This document shows positions 1-12,888 of a stretch of DNA of 64,000 bases, piece by piece. Both the position numbers and the translations under genes were made by a program. Position 1 is the first letter of the stretch; each line of letters begins with the position of its first letter. The DNA is taken from positions 2,837,825 to 2,901,824 of the forward strand of contig NW_019091361.1 of NCBI RefSeq assembly GCF_001949145.1, given 5' to 3'. The notes beneath the pieces were generated by a model. That model worked only from the letters and a program-made list of their open reading frames with translations. It ran no database searches and had not been told where the DNA came from. Origin of the DNA: Acanthaster planci (Eukaryota).

Positions 1-1517
1 ATTCTTCCCCGTGGCTGAGACCTTGTTACTAACTAACATTAAGCCCATACAAAGTTCAATATTGACTGTTAACTTGATTCAGCTTGAAATTTTTATTTCA
101 AAATTGGCCTACCCATTACAAAATTCCTCTAAAATATTGAAAAATTGGAATTGGTAGTTTTGTAAAAAAATTGGCATTATCAAAGTTCGACTATACTTTT
201 GCAGCCGCAAACATTCATTATGTATTTGGATGAGAACTTGATGCTTCAAACGAATGGATATACTACCATTTACGTTTCTCAAAACTTAAACCTTGTTAAA
301 TTGAAGCATCGTATTTGACGTATTTGTAACAGGTTTATTTATGCAGTGTTTAATTATAATTACAACCAGTTTTTGGGCAGTGTATGCTGACTTTGTGATA
401 TCAATCACTTGTAATTTTTAATGATGTACTTGTGAATTGTGCATGAAACTAAATTGTTGAGAATGTATAGCTGACTAATTATTGGTGGCGCAGACTAATT
501 ACTAGTTTCGCAATACGAATGTAAAGATCAATTAATTTTACTTAATTACTAATTAATTTTTAGAGATTACTACTTAACTTTCCGGCATGACTAATCGTCC
601 AAAAGATTAGTCAAATTAAACCTTTTTTGAAAACTAATTATTATCAGTCATCGCACCAACGTAATGACTAATCTTTCAACTCGTGTGACTAACTAAATAT
701 TGGTTAAATTATACCATGGATTGACTACTTTGTTTTGGTCAAGTGACTGTGTTGGGTTTTGCTGAAATATATGTATAACGTTGAGGTTTTTTGGTCGGAA
801 TGACGTTTATGTGATGTGAACTTTATTCGCTAACGATGCCCAAACACCCTTTAAATTTCCGAAAAACCTAAAATAAGTTTAATGCGGAAACAAAGGTGCA
901 TTTTTACTGGTTGCTTTGAACAGGTGAAAATCGGACGCACGTTTATCAACTATATAACTGCACATATATTTCACACAATCGTATTTTTCAATAGATTTCA
1001 AATCGCCCCTCCGTACTTTTCACAGCAGGACAGAATGTTTTATTTGAAGCTCCTCTCTCTATGAAAAACCTTTTACTTATAATCTGGCAGAATGGTCAAC
1101 CCATTTCTAAGTGGCAATGTTTATTTCTCTTTTCACTCGACTATGTATTTGAAGCACACGTACTGCACGTTAGAAAAGTTTGCAAACGGGGTTTCGAGGT
1201 ACGTCATTTCCCTCCAAAGTGAAGGCAATGAAAGAGTTTCACTTCAAGTCAACTCAATTTGTTGCAGTTTCGGAGTTGAGAAACTGATAGGATTAAGATC
1301 AGTACTTCCACGTCGCATTCCCTTTTAACTATGGAATACTTGTTTTCACACCATACTTAATAGTGGTAAACCTGACTTATAAAACATTTAACGTGTTTTA
1401 GTTCCAGCGTGTAAGTCTATAATTATCAGGTAAATGTCATTTTCCACAGTCATTTATCAAATCATAGGTGACGAGCTCTGAGAACAAACATAAGACCAAA
1501 ATCTCTGAACCAAGGAG

Positions 1518-2740
1518 ATGAGCTATACCGCAATCAATTACGGACTGAAGGACGAACAGATCAAGCTCTACGAGGCTGACACTCACTTGCAACATAATAA
1601 TGACACGTCTCAGACTATAGCTTCACGATAATCGCACCTTTTGGTATCCTCTTGAACCTCGCCTTCTTCTTCGTCATCGTCCGGGTGAAGTCCATGCGAA
1701 CTGTCTACCAATCCAACCTGGCTGTCGCCGATGGACTGATGCTGATCTTTTACCAGGTCAACACGTGGGCGCCGCAGCCCAACGAACCATACAACACGAT
1801 CATCAATATTGGATTCGCTTATGCCATGGAGTTCGCTTCCTACTCCTTTGTAGCAGCCGTTGCTTTTGAAAGATTTTCTGTAGCGCAGGATCCTCTGGGT
1901 TGCAAGGAGCTGCAAAGATTTCAGTGGGACTTTGGACACTCTTACTCGGCATGGCATTGATTGTGATATTTTTGGTCTTGCTTGGTATCGGAGACACAGT
2001 AAAAATATCGATTGCTGTATTGGTGATCACATTTTATACATCGACTCTTATCAATCACTTTGTCCCTGTATATCTACATAGGTCTAAAGCTTTGCAAGCA
2101 GACTGAGAGTTCGGGGCAAACCCTCAGCAACTTGGTCAGGTCGTCCGTGAGCTCATCATCAGTCAGGTTGGCGTAGTGGCTCCTTCCTCCCCTGCCACCT
2201 CTGCGGTCCGGGTTCGAATCCCGGCCAGGTCCCTACCTGATTGCGTGGGTTTTGCCCAGAATATTCCTCTGGGGTTTTTCCTCCCACCTCTAAATCTGCG
2301 ACTGCTTCTCATTGTCTCCTCTCTACAGGTTTCTTCAGGCTTGCGAGAGTGCCCAGGGCGCTTTGGAGGAATCCTTAGTGTTATTACTAGAAACGATTAG
2401 GACCTTAATAATAATAAAGTTGGTGTGATGTTTCTGATGGATACCTTGCCAACTATATGATTCAGATCAACACGGCCATTTTTTCTTAAAGAATTCTTTA
2501 AATATCGCCCTGTCAGTCCTGATCATCGACGAGGTGATTGCATTTGCACTTAACTGTTAGAAAGGTACACAACTTACTTGAATTAAAAACTCAAGGATTT
2601 ATAGGGTTGAACTTCTTTCGTTTATCACGTTTACCCCTTCTTGGACTTCATATCATGAATTCGTCTCTCTCATTTTCCCTTCCCAATACATTTATATTCT
2701 TGTCTCCTTGATAAAGCTATCAGAATGGAGGAAAACAGAT
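1518..2740 (+). pseudogene. Rhodopsin-like (class A) GPCR pseudogene, intronless, frameshifted and interrupted by a SINE
   Basis: Motifs are visible across frames: TM1 GILLNLAFFFVIVRVKSMRT, TM2 NLAVAD, TM3 AVAFERF (E/DRY-like), TM4 ISVGLW (shifted frame), TM6 QVVRELII|VGVMFLMDTLP split by the SINE at 2161-2417, and TM7-like HIMNSS near 2650. There are multiple frameshifts and stops. The 3' end is approximate. Confidence 0.75.
2161..2417 (+). mobile_element. tRNA-derived SINE
   Basis: A-box-like TGGCGTAGTGG, B-box GGTTCGAATCC, unrelated body and (TAA)n tail; inserted in the GPCR TM6 coding sequence. Confidence 0.8.
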
Positions 2741-2877
2741 AAGTGAAATGAATTGAGCTATGTTTCTGCAAGAAATAGAAAAAAGGGGTTGCAATCTCTG
2801 TTCTGCAGGCTTCTCACGAACGCGGTTATTCCTTCAGTACCATTGACCTAAGTGTAAAAAACTTTCTAGTCAGCGCC

Positions 2878-4356
2878 TGTCAACACGGCGTATGCGCTTC
2901 GAGCGGAACAAAAAAAGGCTTATTTTTTTCTGGTACTCACCGCATGGGCGCGCGTTTATGATGGAGATCAATGGTGCGTTTGAGGCGGCGCATGCTGAGT
3001 GCGCGTAACGAATTTACTCTGTAATGTCTGGTTTTGCCATTGTTACTGTGCAACCAGTGTATGAATTGAATGTGTGTTTCCGATTATGTTTTTACTGTGT
3101 TCCGTTAATTGTTTTTATTCTGAGTATAAATTAATCTACCCCGAAGGTAATGGAATCGTCCAAAAGTTTTAGCCAATCAACTGTTCGTCATTCCCGCGTA
3201 AACGTAACTCTGCCATTCAGAGAAGGCGTTCGCGAAGTGGGAAAACGCCTTCCCGTCTTAAGCAACAGTATTTTGTTCAGGCCGTGGTAATTGTCAGCAC
3301 GCCCATCGTATTATTGTGAATCAAATCATGCTAGTCGATGACGAATAGGTCGCATTGTACAATCGGACACAATTAGAATCTTTGGGTGCATGTTGGAGTT
3401 TTCTTATGTCAGAGAGAGAGAGTCAGGAGTCATTTTTGACTTGCTCGAGAAAGACAGAGGTTTGGAGAGTGACTTGTGATGCAAGACCGGTTTTGACTCC
3501 CTAGCATCAGAAATCTGAGCCAGCAGATTAAGCTTTGTTGTGGATCTGTTTTGACCACTTTGGAAAAGGACGGGTAAATCTGTTTCCGTGAGAATAAGGC
3601 AAACTAGGGCCTAATTCCAGCCACATAGACGTCCGGGTCGGCATTAACGACTTCATGGCAATAGTTCACCTCCCAAGACAGTTGTTCAGCAAATTACCGT
3701 AAGTGTTGTAATATTGATTACTTTCTTGCTTTTAAGTAATCGAAGTAAAAGGCTGCAGATGATGAAGTTTCGTCGTCATTGTAGTAGCAAGACTATTAAG
3801 CTGATCTTGGAGACCGAGGCTGATGATTTTCGAGAAGATCGGAAATTTACATTTATGAAAATAAGGATAATGATATAAGATTTGAGGTAATTTGGAATTG
3901 TGGAGATCGAGGTTGGAAAGGAAACAAATTGGAGCATGCTTGACCGAGTTTTGGGCTGATCTACTGCGGTTTTGTTAGACGCCAGATTCAGGGGGCTACA
4001 GAAACTTCAACAGATGGTGGACCGATTAATTTTGCTATTTCAATAAATTAAAATGGATATCTAATGGAACCTTTCTTTTTTATGATTGATGTGATGATCC
4101 CAGAGTCACTTGATTGACTAATTGAGTATAATTGAGATTTTATGACTTAATCACAGACCTGTAAGTAATTAACTAATTCTGTCAGAAGTAAACTTTCTAA
4201 TACCATATCGAGCTCGTGTTGTAAACATTGGAATGGAGAATATTGGAATTCCAGAAGACCGTTTGATCTTGTTATTTATTTTGATTGTCGATGCATCCTA
4301 TAGGATCCGGGCTTGCCATTCCTAATTAAGAATAGCCAAATGTCAGAGCCCTGACA
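2878..4356. mobile_element. Possible solo LTR or other interspersed repeat
   Basis: TGTCA...TGACA inverted termini around about 1.5 kb of non-coding sequence with AATAAA near 4043. Only a 3-bp GCC flank match, so the TSD is unconvincing. Confidence 0.3.
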
Positions 4357-4658
4357 GCCATACATATCAGAAGACTAAAAACAACAGATGGGAAGCAAGC
4401 CCGCACGCCATTGCTTGTGCAGAGAATGTTCTCGCCGTGCGTGGACGCGCTAAATAGGTCATGTGAACAGGGCGACATTTATTCTTTTGATATCTATGGC
4501 TGCAATTTACGGACTTGGCGTGCATGCAGGCCGAATACGTGCAAGAACTTAGTTGGAAAACTTAGTACCAGTCTCTCTGTCTTTTGCCGGTGAGGTCGCA
4601 CTTCAACTCGGGGCGGATTATGAGGGTACTGAAGATAATACGTCACGGGCACAATTAA

Positions 4659-4868
4659 GGCACCCTTCCATATGCACGTCAACAATTTCGCCAAGCGTTG
4701 CCTGTCTGTCAGCACCGCTCCCCGGGCGATTTTGGCGGCCGAGCGCAACGCATACACGTGTTATGTTTATGGAGTCGATTTTTGTGTCCGTGAAAGTGAA
4801 ACGCATGAAAGCATCGTGTACGCAATGCAACCCCAAAACGTACATGTACATAATCTTGGAAAGGCGCC
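4659..4868 (+). mobile_element. MITE (PIF/Harbinger-Tourist-like), copy 1 of 3
   Basis: TIR GGCACCCTTCCA ... TGGAAAGGCGCC with TAA on the left; internal sequence homologous to 19655-19822 and, reversed, to 27072-27278. Confidence 0.7.
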
Positions 4869-5746
4869 TTTATGTGTATAAAAAGAATTAGTGCGACAAT
4901 CAGCGCGTGAACTAACACGCGTGTGTACTCCATTCATTTGCACACTTCCAGTCCACGTCACGTCACACTTTGTGGGGCATGCGTGCTTAGTGTGGGTCAC
5001 TCCATGCGAGCCCAACACACCTTTTGACCTTAGGTCTTCAGATTTTGATAAAAATTGATGTACTTGTAGACATCAATGATTAATAAATACACGCCAATTT
5101 TTAGTGGAATCCGCTCTTCCATGTGGTCAGGGCAGGTCAAGAAATGGACAGTTTTCACTTTAAAAAATCCACCCATTTGGTAAAAATAACACAACCCTCT
5201 CATTGTTTATCAAATATATGCAAATTTGGTATCAAAATAATCAGAAGGACATGCTCTTTTCACTGATGTTGTGGAAATGTAGCTTTGTGAATCAAATATC
5301 AAGATGACCTTTGGCAGGCATCTGTGACCTTTGACCGTATTTTAAAAATAAAGTATCTTTTTGCATTTTTTACCAACTGTTTTTGAAAGTATGGTTTCTG
5401 CTCTAGAAGAATCCGATTAAATCTTTTTAAGTTTTCAACACTGAATAGGAGTAGGAGTAACGCCGATTGTCTCAAGAGCCTGATTTACTGATGAAAGTGA
5501 TGCTGTAGCAGCCACATCCTGAATGGGCGTTTGTAATGAGTAGCTTGACTAATTGATTATTCATCAACTGCAGAGGAATCGGTACCGTACTTGAAAACAT
5601 TTGAAGTTCAGAAACAACATGCACTGCTGTATTCTTAGAATTGATGAACGACAATTCCGGCAGAGTTTCTGTCCAGGTATAAGGCCATGGTGTCCATATG
5701 TTTCCGATTAATGTAATGTTATCTCACGCAACCCTTTGGAAAGTAC

Positions 5747-8700
5747 TGTGGCAGGACAACGGACACCTCTTGTGGCGGACCCAGTAGACCGGCCTGATCG
5801 AAGATGGAATTGACCTGGCCTAACCCCACAAATATATTTATTAACCTTGCGCAAGGATGAGCGGCTACTGTGCCAACAGCCGTCCCCTTCCGAAGAACCC
5901 ATTTCTCTCTATTTGGATTTAAAATCCGTAGAGGAAGAACCTCCGCCTTCGACTGGACCATTGTTCTGGCTAGCATTAGATCTCACTCAGCCAATATACC
6001 TCCACTTTCCACAGGCTCAGTGCTTGCCGGCTGATCAGCTGCCTTACAGGTAGTCGGTGCCTCGCCACGCACAACAGCCTCATGGCCTGCCGGAATTTAA
6101 ATGGTTTCGGCGACTAGCACCCTTCCAATGAACAGCTCTCCGGTACTGCTTTACACTTCAGCCGCTCACCATTCAGTCTTAATTTGAGACTCTGGAAATC
6201 TAGGTTTCCACCACTAGGCAACAAGAAGTCCATACCCAATAAACCGTCATATTTGTTTGACATCGGCAAATATTACTTGCACTGGGTATATTGTTTTACC
6301 CAGTTGACTGCCATCAACCTGTCGAATGTTGGTGCTCTCCATGTCCAACACAGGCCTCCGTTCTTTGGTCATTTCATGGTAGACTCGACTACTGACCAAT
6401 GTGTCTGTAGACCCTGAGTCCACCAAGAACCTACAGTTTGCCCCTCGCACAACACCATCAATAAACAACCCGTATCTAGGTCCAACACAAAAATAGGTTG
6501 AGTGCCTATAGAAGGATCCCAATACGACGCTTTTAGCGTCGATCTGCGCACTTCCGCGTTTGAAAACGAGGCTGTATGTGTTAGTTTCAATTCTTAATAC
6601 GATCAGACTATTGAAAATAAGGAGTCAAGACACAAATACATAAAGGTATGTTAAATTCAGACTTTTCAGGCTGCAAATTTTTATGGAAGAGTCTTTCAGG
6701 ATGACTCGACACGTAAAATCAAAAGAAACAACGACAATTTACCGCAAACTAACGTACGTGCGATGGTCGTGTATCTTGTGCAGTGGGCGTGGTTTAAATT
6801 GAAGTGGTGTCACACTTACGAACGGGCTACTGTATGTACTGTGTTGACTCCGCGGGCGGGCGCGCGCGATGAAGTTCAACACAGAGAGCCTTGGTTTCGA
6901 TGGAGATATGCGCAGACGGCGCTAATGTGAAATTCCTCTTTTGGGTCGATCTCCGCCTTCTGATTTCTGCCTTCTTCTATCTTCGGTTGTTTCTGGTTTG
7001 GACCCCCTGTGGAACATCCAGCCTTCCCGCGGGCCCTTCGGTCGGCTGGCTGGCATTTCCCTGCTCCTTCCTTTGGTTGCCACGTTTAGGGCATTTCCGA
7101 GAGAAATGACCAATCTCACCACACTTCTAACACTTCGACTCACTGGGCTTCTTTTTCCCAGGCTGTGGTGACAGCCTATGAGGAGAATTTAGCCTGTTCA
7201 CCTAGATTTAGACCTATTTGGCGAGTCCTGTAAGTAGCTCAACCACTTGGTCTATCTTCTTTGATTGATGACTACAACTTTCCTCCAGCTTCTGAAGACG
7301 ATGTTCCATGTCTGAATCAATTGCCCTCGCAAACTTTGCGGGCTTTTTTCAGATTTCCTCTCCGCCTCAATCTTTACAAAAAATTCGGTCTCCGGGGCGG
7401 CCTGTATTGCTTCATCCAATGTTCCCGGACGAACGTGATGTATGCCTTCCGTCACGGCCTGACTACCAACCGCGTCAACGAAGTGGTTTTTCCTAAGGCG
7501 CTCTCGTGCCTCTTCAGGGATAAGCCTTCACCGTGAGATCACGGACTGCTTGGCTCAACTCCTGTAGAGTTTCTTTAGGCCCCTGTCGCCTTTTTTTCAA
7601 CTCGACAAGATAATTCTCGGCCTTATGACCAGGACCGAATCTCCTCTTCAACACCTTGACGAGTTCACTGTAAGTGAACTGTTTCGAGCCATTACCAAGA
7701 CTTCGCAGGGCATCACCCTGGAGACCAGCAGCCAGGAATTCAGCTGCCTATTCCTCACTCCACAAATTCACCTTCCTGTGTGCCTCAAAATGTCGGTAAT
7801 AATCGTTCCACAGAACTTTAATACCATTGTATCGCTCGGGAGTAATTATAGGCCTGCCAGGCTTACCTGGAAGTTTACCAGAAACCTCACCACAGACAAC
7901 CAGTGACTCCTTCTTGAGTGACTAAGGTCCCTCTCCGGGCGAATCAACCTCACCACCAAAAACTGTATGTCTTCACCACTTTTGGAGTTGTGACAAAACT
8001 ATTAAAGCAAGTCACAATGTAACCCTTGTTCCCTTCAACCATCATCTTCATTGTTCGCAAAGGGACTCGTGCAAGGGCTAACTACTGGTGTTGGGGTTAA
8101 CCCCATCTGACATATACTCCCACGCTCCCCTGCCCCCCCTCCCCCTTGGAACCAATTCAGGTGATGTACCAATATTGGAAAGATCTCGTGCCTTCAATGA
8201 GGCATACTTGGGAGGTATCCTCTGGCAACTTCCAGCCTACTTCCGACTCGACTTTCACACGAGGTATATCCCTGCCCTTAGGTGTATATGCCTCACTTAC
8301 AATCTCAGAGTGTGACCTTTTTCTAACAGCCTCTAGCTCAGCGGAGAGATGATCCTTTTCCCACTTGAGCTACTGAACTTCCATTCTGGAGAGGTTCAGG
8401 TCATCAAGGACAGAATCCTTGTCATCCTCTTTCCTAGAGGTGACCCCACAGCCCTTACTACTACTGTTTCGTATTCGTTTGTGCTAGTGCTCCTCTGAGC
8501 TAGCAGCCAACGAATTCCCCTTTTTTGTTGTTGGACCACGAGCCAAATCCAACAGAGAACCACAAGGACCAGGGCAATGCAGAACAGGCCAAGGACAATG
8601 ACTACAATTGACCATCCGTCCAGCATAACACAGCGTGACCTTGTAACAATTAGGCCTAATCCTCTTTGAGGTTTAGTGCGAGACTTTTCGGCAAGAATTT

Positions 8701-9858
8701 CCCTTATACTATTACTCTCTACAACTAGTTAAAACCACAACAAATCAAACCTAAGCATATAACTTCTGACACCATTGTGGCGGGACAACTGACACCTCTT
8801 GTTGCAAACCCCATAGACCGGCCTAATCGGAGATGGAATTGACCTGGACTAACCCCACAAATATATCTATTAACCTTGCGCAAAGGATGAGCGGCTGCCC
8901 AGGCACAGGGGGCGGGGGGGATATCAGCTAAGTAACGGGGGAAAAAGCCTAGGAGCAGTTTATTGGGTGGACGTTTACCACCACTTATGAAAGACAGGAT
9001 CTATCTGGCAACAGAGCAATTAAATACAGGGAAACCTAAATAACCTTCACAATGATACGGGGTTTCAAGGACAACAAATTAGTGCAATAGGTTTATTACA
9101 ACAAATTAGTGCAATAGGTTTATTACAGATATAAATCAACGAGATATATATCAAGACACAAGGTTTATCTGTATAATACACCTCACAAGGCAACTCAACA
9201 TGCCTCACGTTATAAACCTAATCACCTTGCAACTCTAACATAAGCTAGACCACTACGAACGGTACACACTACTAGTAAGCAGTGATAATCTACGTGGAAT
9301 GTTAATCAAGGGATAATAACCCTCACTATCCAGGGTCACTTAATCCAAGGGATAATAATAACCCTTACAGGAACCAAAGCACTCTAGGCAACCCAGTTCA
9401 ATGATACCCGGATCGCAACGCAGCCGTCACCCCACCTATGGTGTTCACAGACGGCAAGCAATTCGCAACGAATCAGCGTACCACGAGCTCCTAGCCAAGG
9501 GTTAACAACCTACGCTCTAGACTGTTCCCACACTAGCCAAGACCCAATAAACAGTTCATTACTACATGTACTACTCCACCTTCCAGTCGATTCAACGCAG
9601 CGCTCTCCGGTTCAGCGTCCACAGTACCTCACACAGTCACAGCACATACACTACGTTCTATGCAATGCTGCCACAACACGACCTTCCCGTGAACTAACGT
9701 CTGCAATGACCGTTCTCCAACAGCGAACCAACAGTACACGCCCCAAGCACGCCACAAGCGCCCAAACCGAGTGCTCTACAACACCGCTGATTGGTCAACG
9801 CATACATTAATAATTAATGACTTAAACTGGCATCCATGCCTACCCCTGTTTCACTACA
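5747..9858 (-). mobile_element. Ty3/Gypsy LTR retrotransposon, internally deleted (gag and protease remain; RT, RNase H and integrase lost)
   Basis: 5' LTR 8776-9858 (TG...CA). PBS TGGTGTCAGAAGT at 8774-8762, complementary to a tRNA-Leu 3' end. Gag remnants (RPGTLDEAIQAA; zinc knuckle C*KCGEIGHFSRKC about 7090-7135). Aspartic protease FLVDSGSTDTLVS (6247-6522). The post-protease region is fused directly to a 120-bp remnant of the 3' LTR (5747-5866). Flanks are GTAC/ATAT. Confidence 0.9.
6522..6940. mobile_element. MITE-like insertion between gag and protease
   Basis: Imperfect inverted repeats of about 60-70 bp (TTAGCGTCGATCTGCGCA...GAAAACGAGGCTGTATGTGTT versus the reverse complement of 6878-6925) enclose AT-rich non-coding sequence. 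Ends are approximate. Confidence 0.5.
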
Positions 9859-11385
9859 ATATCTTGCCACTGTGTTGATGAAGAGGATCACAGCATTTCT
9901 GCTGATTCACAGAATACATATTTTGTAATCGTTTATAGTGTAATTTGCAGATACTGGTTACTGTTTCACAACCTGATCTAAGAGGTAGACACAGTAATTC
10001 ATCGTCACTTGGATGCAGGTAGTGTTCAATGTCATCAGAACAAGCCTCGCTGAGGCACTTTCCCACTTAACACTGGGATATTGGTTTACCGCGTCCAAAA
10101 ACAAGACTATTGAGTTGGTCGCTAAAATCAGCAAGGAAGGATGTTCACTAGTCTTCACTGGTTTACAAGTACAAGTGACCAAACAAAACAAAATTCTTAC
10201 GTGCTGTTGACGGTCTAGCTGTAGACTTCCCATGTGCCAGGGGTATATATTTTGTGTGAGGTTGGACGCCCTCATGTGTTACATTTTGTCCATTAAGTAC
10301 CAAAGCACAACACTTCATCAGAGCTCAACTCAATTCTGTTACAGAATACTAATGAAATAGCCTCTTCATACAAAAAATACCTTCTGTTGCCCTGTATTCT
10401 ATACGAAATTCATCAATTATTTTGTTATTGTTTGAAAAAGGGGCCAAATGTTTCCGGGAATTTTCACTGTTGTGTGGACTAAAAATAGCAACAAATTGCC
10501 TAATTTTAAAGATACAAGAAAGATTTAAAAAGATTCCAATAGGAAAGGAAACACACTATAAAAATAATTAAATTCATCAATTTTCTGAATGATACTTTAC
10601 TTTTAAAATGAGGTCTAATCAGCACTGTTGATTAGAGCAAGTTAATTATTTTGAAACCAAATTTAAAAGTATTTGGTGAACGATAACGTAGTTGTCATGC
10701 AATATTTCTTCAAGGGTGGTGCTTTTAGCTAAAATTGGCCATTTTTTTCGAACTCCGCACTAAAGTATCCACACGGAAGAGCAGATCGCGTCAAAATCGG
10801 TGTGTTTTTATTGCTCATCGATACCAACAAGCACAGCATTTTTATTAACATCGGAAGACTTAAGGTCAAAAGGTGTGTTGGTCTGATATGGAATGACCCG
10901 TATATCATTTGCAGAGGGCTGTGCGCAGTTTATTGTGCTGCGAGTTGGCGTAGTGACAGGATCGTTGGACGGCAGTACCTGGGGGCTCTGCGTACACACA
11001 AGTGGAACGATCGGTAGGTTTATTACAGGCGTTTTTCTAGTTCCAGATCACTTCTTGAAATGCAAACTGTTCTGTCTTAATTGTTCTTTAATACAACATT
11101 CTAAAACAAGTTCTGTTTGAAAGGTAAAAAGTAAGCTTCTTCTTGTACAAAAAAATTTCTTCTCGGAAAATTTCTAAGAAAAGGTATTTTGGCTAAACTT
11201 CTGCTTCAAACCGTGCGGTTTGACGGTTTTCCTCCAAACAAAATCAAAAGCTCGAGCCTAATTTTGCTTGCTTTCGGAGGCAATTCTGACTGTAAGTTCG
11301 GACGTTGTGTATTTCTTTTAACATACTCGTAGACACCTGCATGTATTTCCTTTTGAAAGAAGTGGATGGTGTGAGGTTTTACTAT

Positions 11386-12616
11386 TGTGACGGGACAACG
11401 GACACCTTTTTGTGGCGGACCAGCAGACTGGCCTGAGCAGAGATAGAATTGACCTGGCCTAACCCCACAAATATATTTATTTAACCTTACGCAAGAATGA
11501 GCGGCTATCCAAACGCAAGGGGGAATATCAGTTAACCAACGGTGGACTATGCCTCAGGGGCTGTTCGTTTGGTGGAAGTTTACCACCGCTCTGCGATTGA
11601 GTAATTGATTCCCATGTCAATAAAGATGACCATAAATGNNNNNNNNNNNNNNNNNNNNNNNNNNNNNNNNNNNNNNNNNNNNNNNNNNNNNNNNNNNNNN
11701 TTATCCTTTATACAAAATGATCCCCACGGGGAGGTAGTCCTACGTGGTCAACTGCACCACGAAAGTGATTAATCAACCTTATCCTTAACCTACACCAGGG
11801 GTAACCCTCACGATGATCAGGGCAACCCTCAATGTCTAGGTAACCCTCCAGTCTAAATAAATAATCTACCAATGGCAAATACAATCTTCGTAATTATACA
11901 GCACGACAGGGTAGGCTTATATAACAATAGTCTCTACTGCCTTACGAAGCAACACAGTTCCCAAACTACAACAAGGTTCAAGAAGACTAAGTAACCCTCA
12001 CCCACTTCAAGTTATTACGAAATAACACAGGTAAGTTGATTAATTAAGAAGGCGATTATAATAGTCCTTAACGGACTCTAACGGAAACCTTCACCCACTA
12101 AACCTCAGACCAGGACTGCAACCAACCGTCGCTATGCCAACAAGCATGGAACAACGGCACGCAATCCTTCTAGTCTAAGCTCCGCTAATTCCCCAATTAA
12201 CTGGTTCACACGGGTTCCCTAACCCTATAATCTACCACTTCTTTAATAAACGAGACTAACAATCCCCTAATCTTCAATAAGATCTGATATAATCGGCAGC
12301 TCCGGCAACTGAGAAAAAGTACCACACTAACCGATCGCACCAAGCACACTTGAGGTAGATCCCCAACCACCAGCAGTCGTACGTCAGAGTTAGCACTCAC
12401 AACTCAGATAAGAAGACAACGCAACTCCGCAGAGCTCTGTTAGCACGCTGCCATCTTGAGAAGTTCTGGCAACCCACGCAGCCAGCGCCCAGACCTAAGG
12501 TTACGCACGCCTCTGATTGGTTGCCGCGCGCATGTTTAATGCATGATTTACACGTTCCTGAATTATTAATGACCCAGACTGAACACAAGTCTGCGCAGCT
12601 ACCCTGTTTGGCCACA
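11386..12616 (-). mobile_element. Solo LTR of the same Gypsy lineage (spans assembly gap 11639-11700)
   Basis: Starts TGTGACGGGACAACGGACACC, matching the LTRs at 5747 and 8776; ends CCCTGTTTGGCCACA, matching 9843-9858; flanks CTAT/ATAT. Confidence 0.8.
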
Positions 12617-12650
12617 ATATTCGTTTGCTTTCTCGCTGTACATGGGCCTA

Positions 12651-12888
12651 CACTGCAAAAACTAGGGTGTTAAATTTACCCCCCCCCCGATGTTACCAGA
12701 GGACTACACCAACACTTTTCACTCGTGTAAAAAAAGTTGGTGTCATTTGGTGGTTCTTGTAACATCCTCCAGTGCATTGTAACACTTATAGGTGTGCAAG
12801 TAACACTATCGGTGTTAAAGTAATACCCTATGGTGTGGTCTAATAACACCAAAAAAGGTTGATTTTAAGCACCATGATTTTTGCAGTG
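12651..12888. mobile_element. MITE with CACTGCAAAAA termini (EnSpm/CACTA-like non-autonomous)
   Basis: TIR CACTGCAAAAA ... TTTTTGCAGTG with internal AACACC/GGTGTT repeats. Confidence 0.65.

Larger units (their letters stand above)
4994..10899 (-). mobile_element. Sola2-like TIR DNA transposon (degenerate), split by a Gypsy insertion
   Basis: Imperfect TIRs longer than 130 bp, starting GGGTCACTCCAT (4994) and ending ATGGAATGACCC (10899), with 4-bp flanks GTGT/GTAT. A minus-strand Cys-rich ORF remnant KCCDPLHQHSGK|LSKGLREITLH*...LIPGQKLCRNCR rejoins in frame once the LTR element is removed. The superfamily call rests on the GRG termini and 4-bp TSD. Confidence 0.65.

Noticed and set aside
2161..2230. 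Functional tRNA genes (also 25283-25360 and 51685-51760)
   Set aside because: A/B boxes are present but cloverleaf pairing is poor, and each continues into a SINE body or tail.
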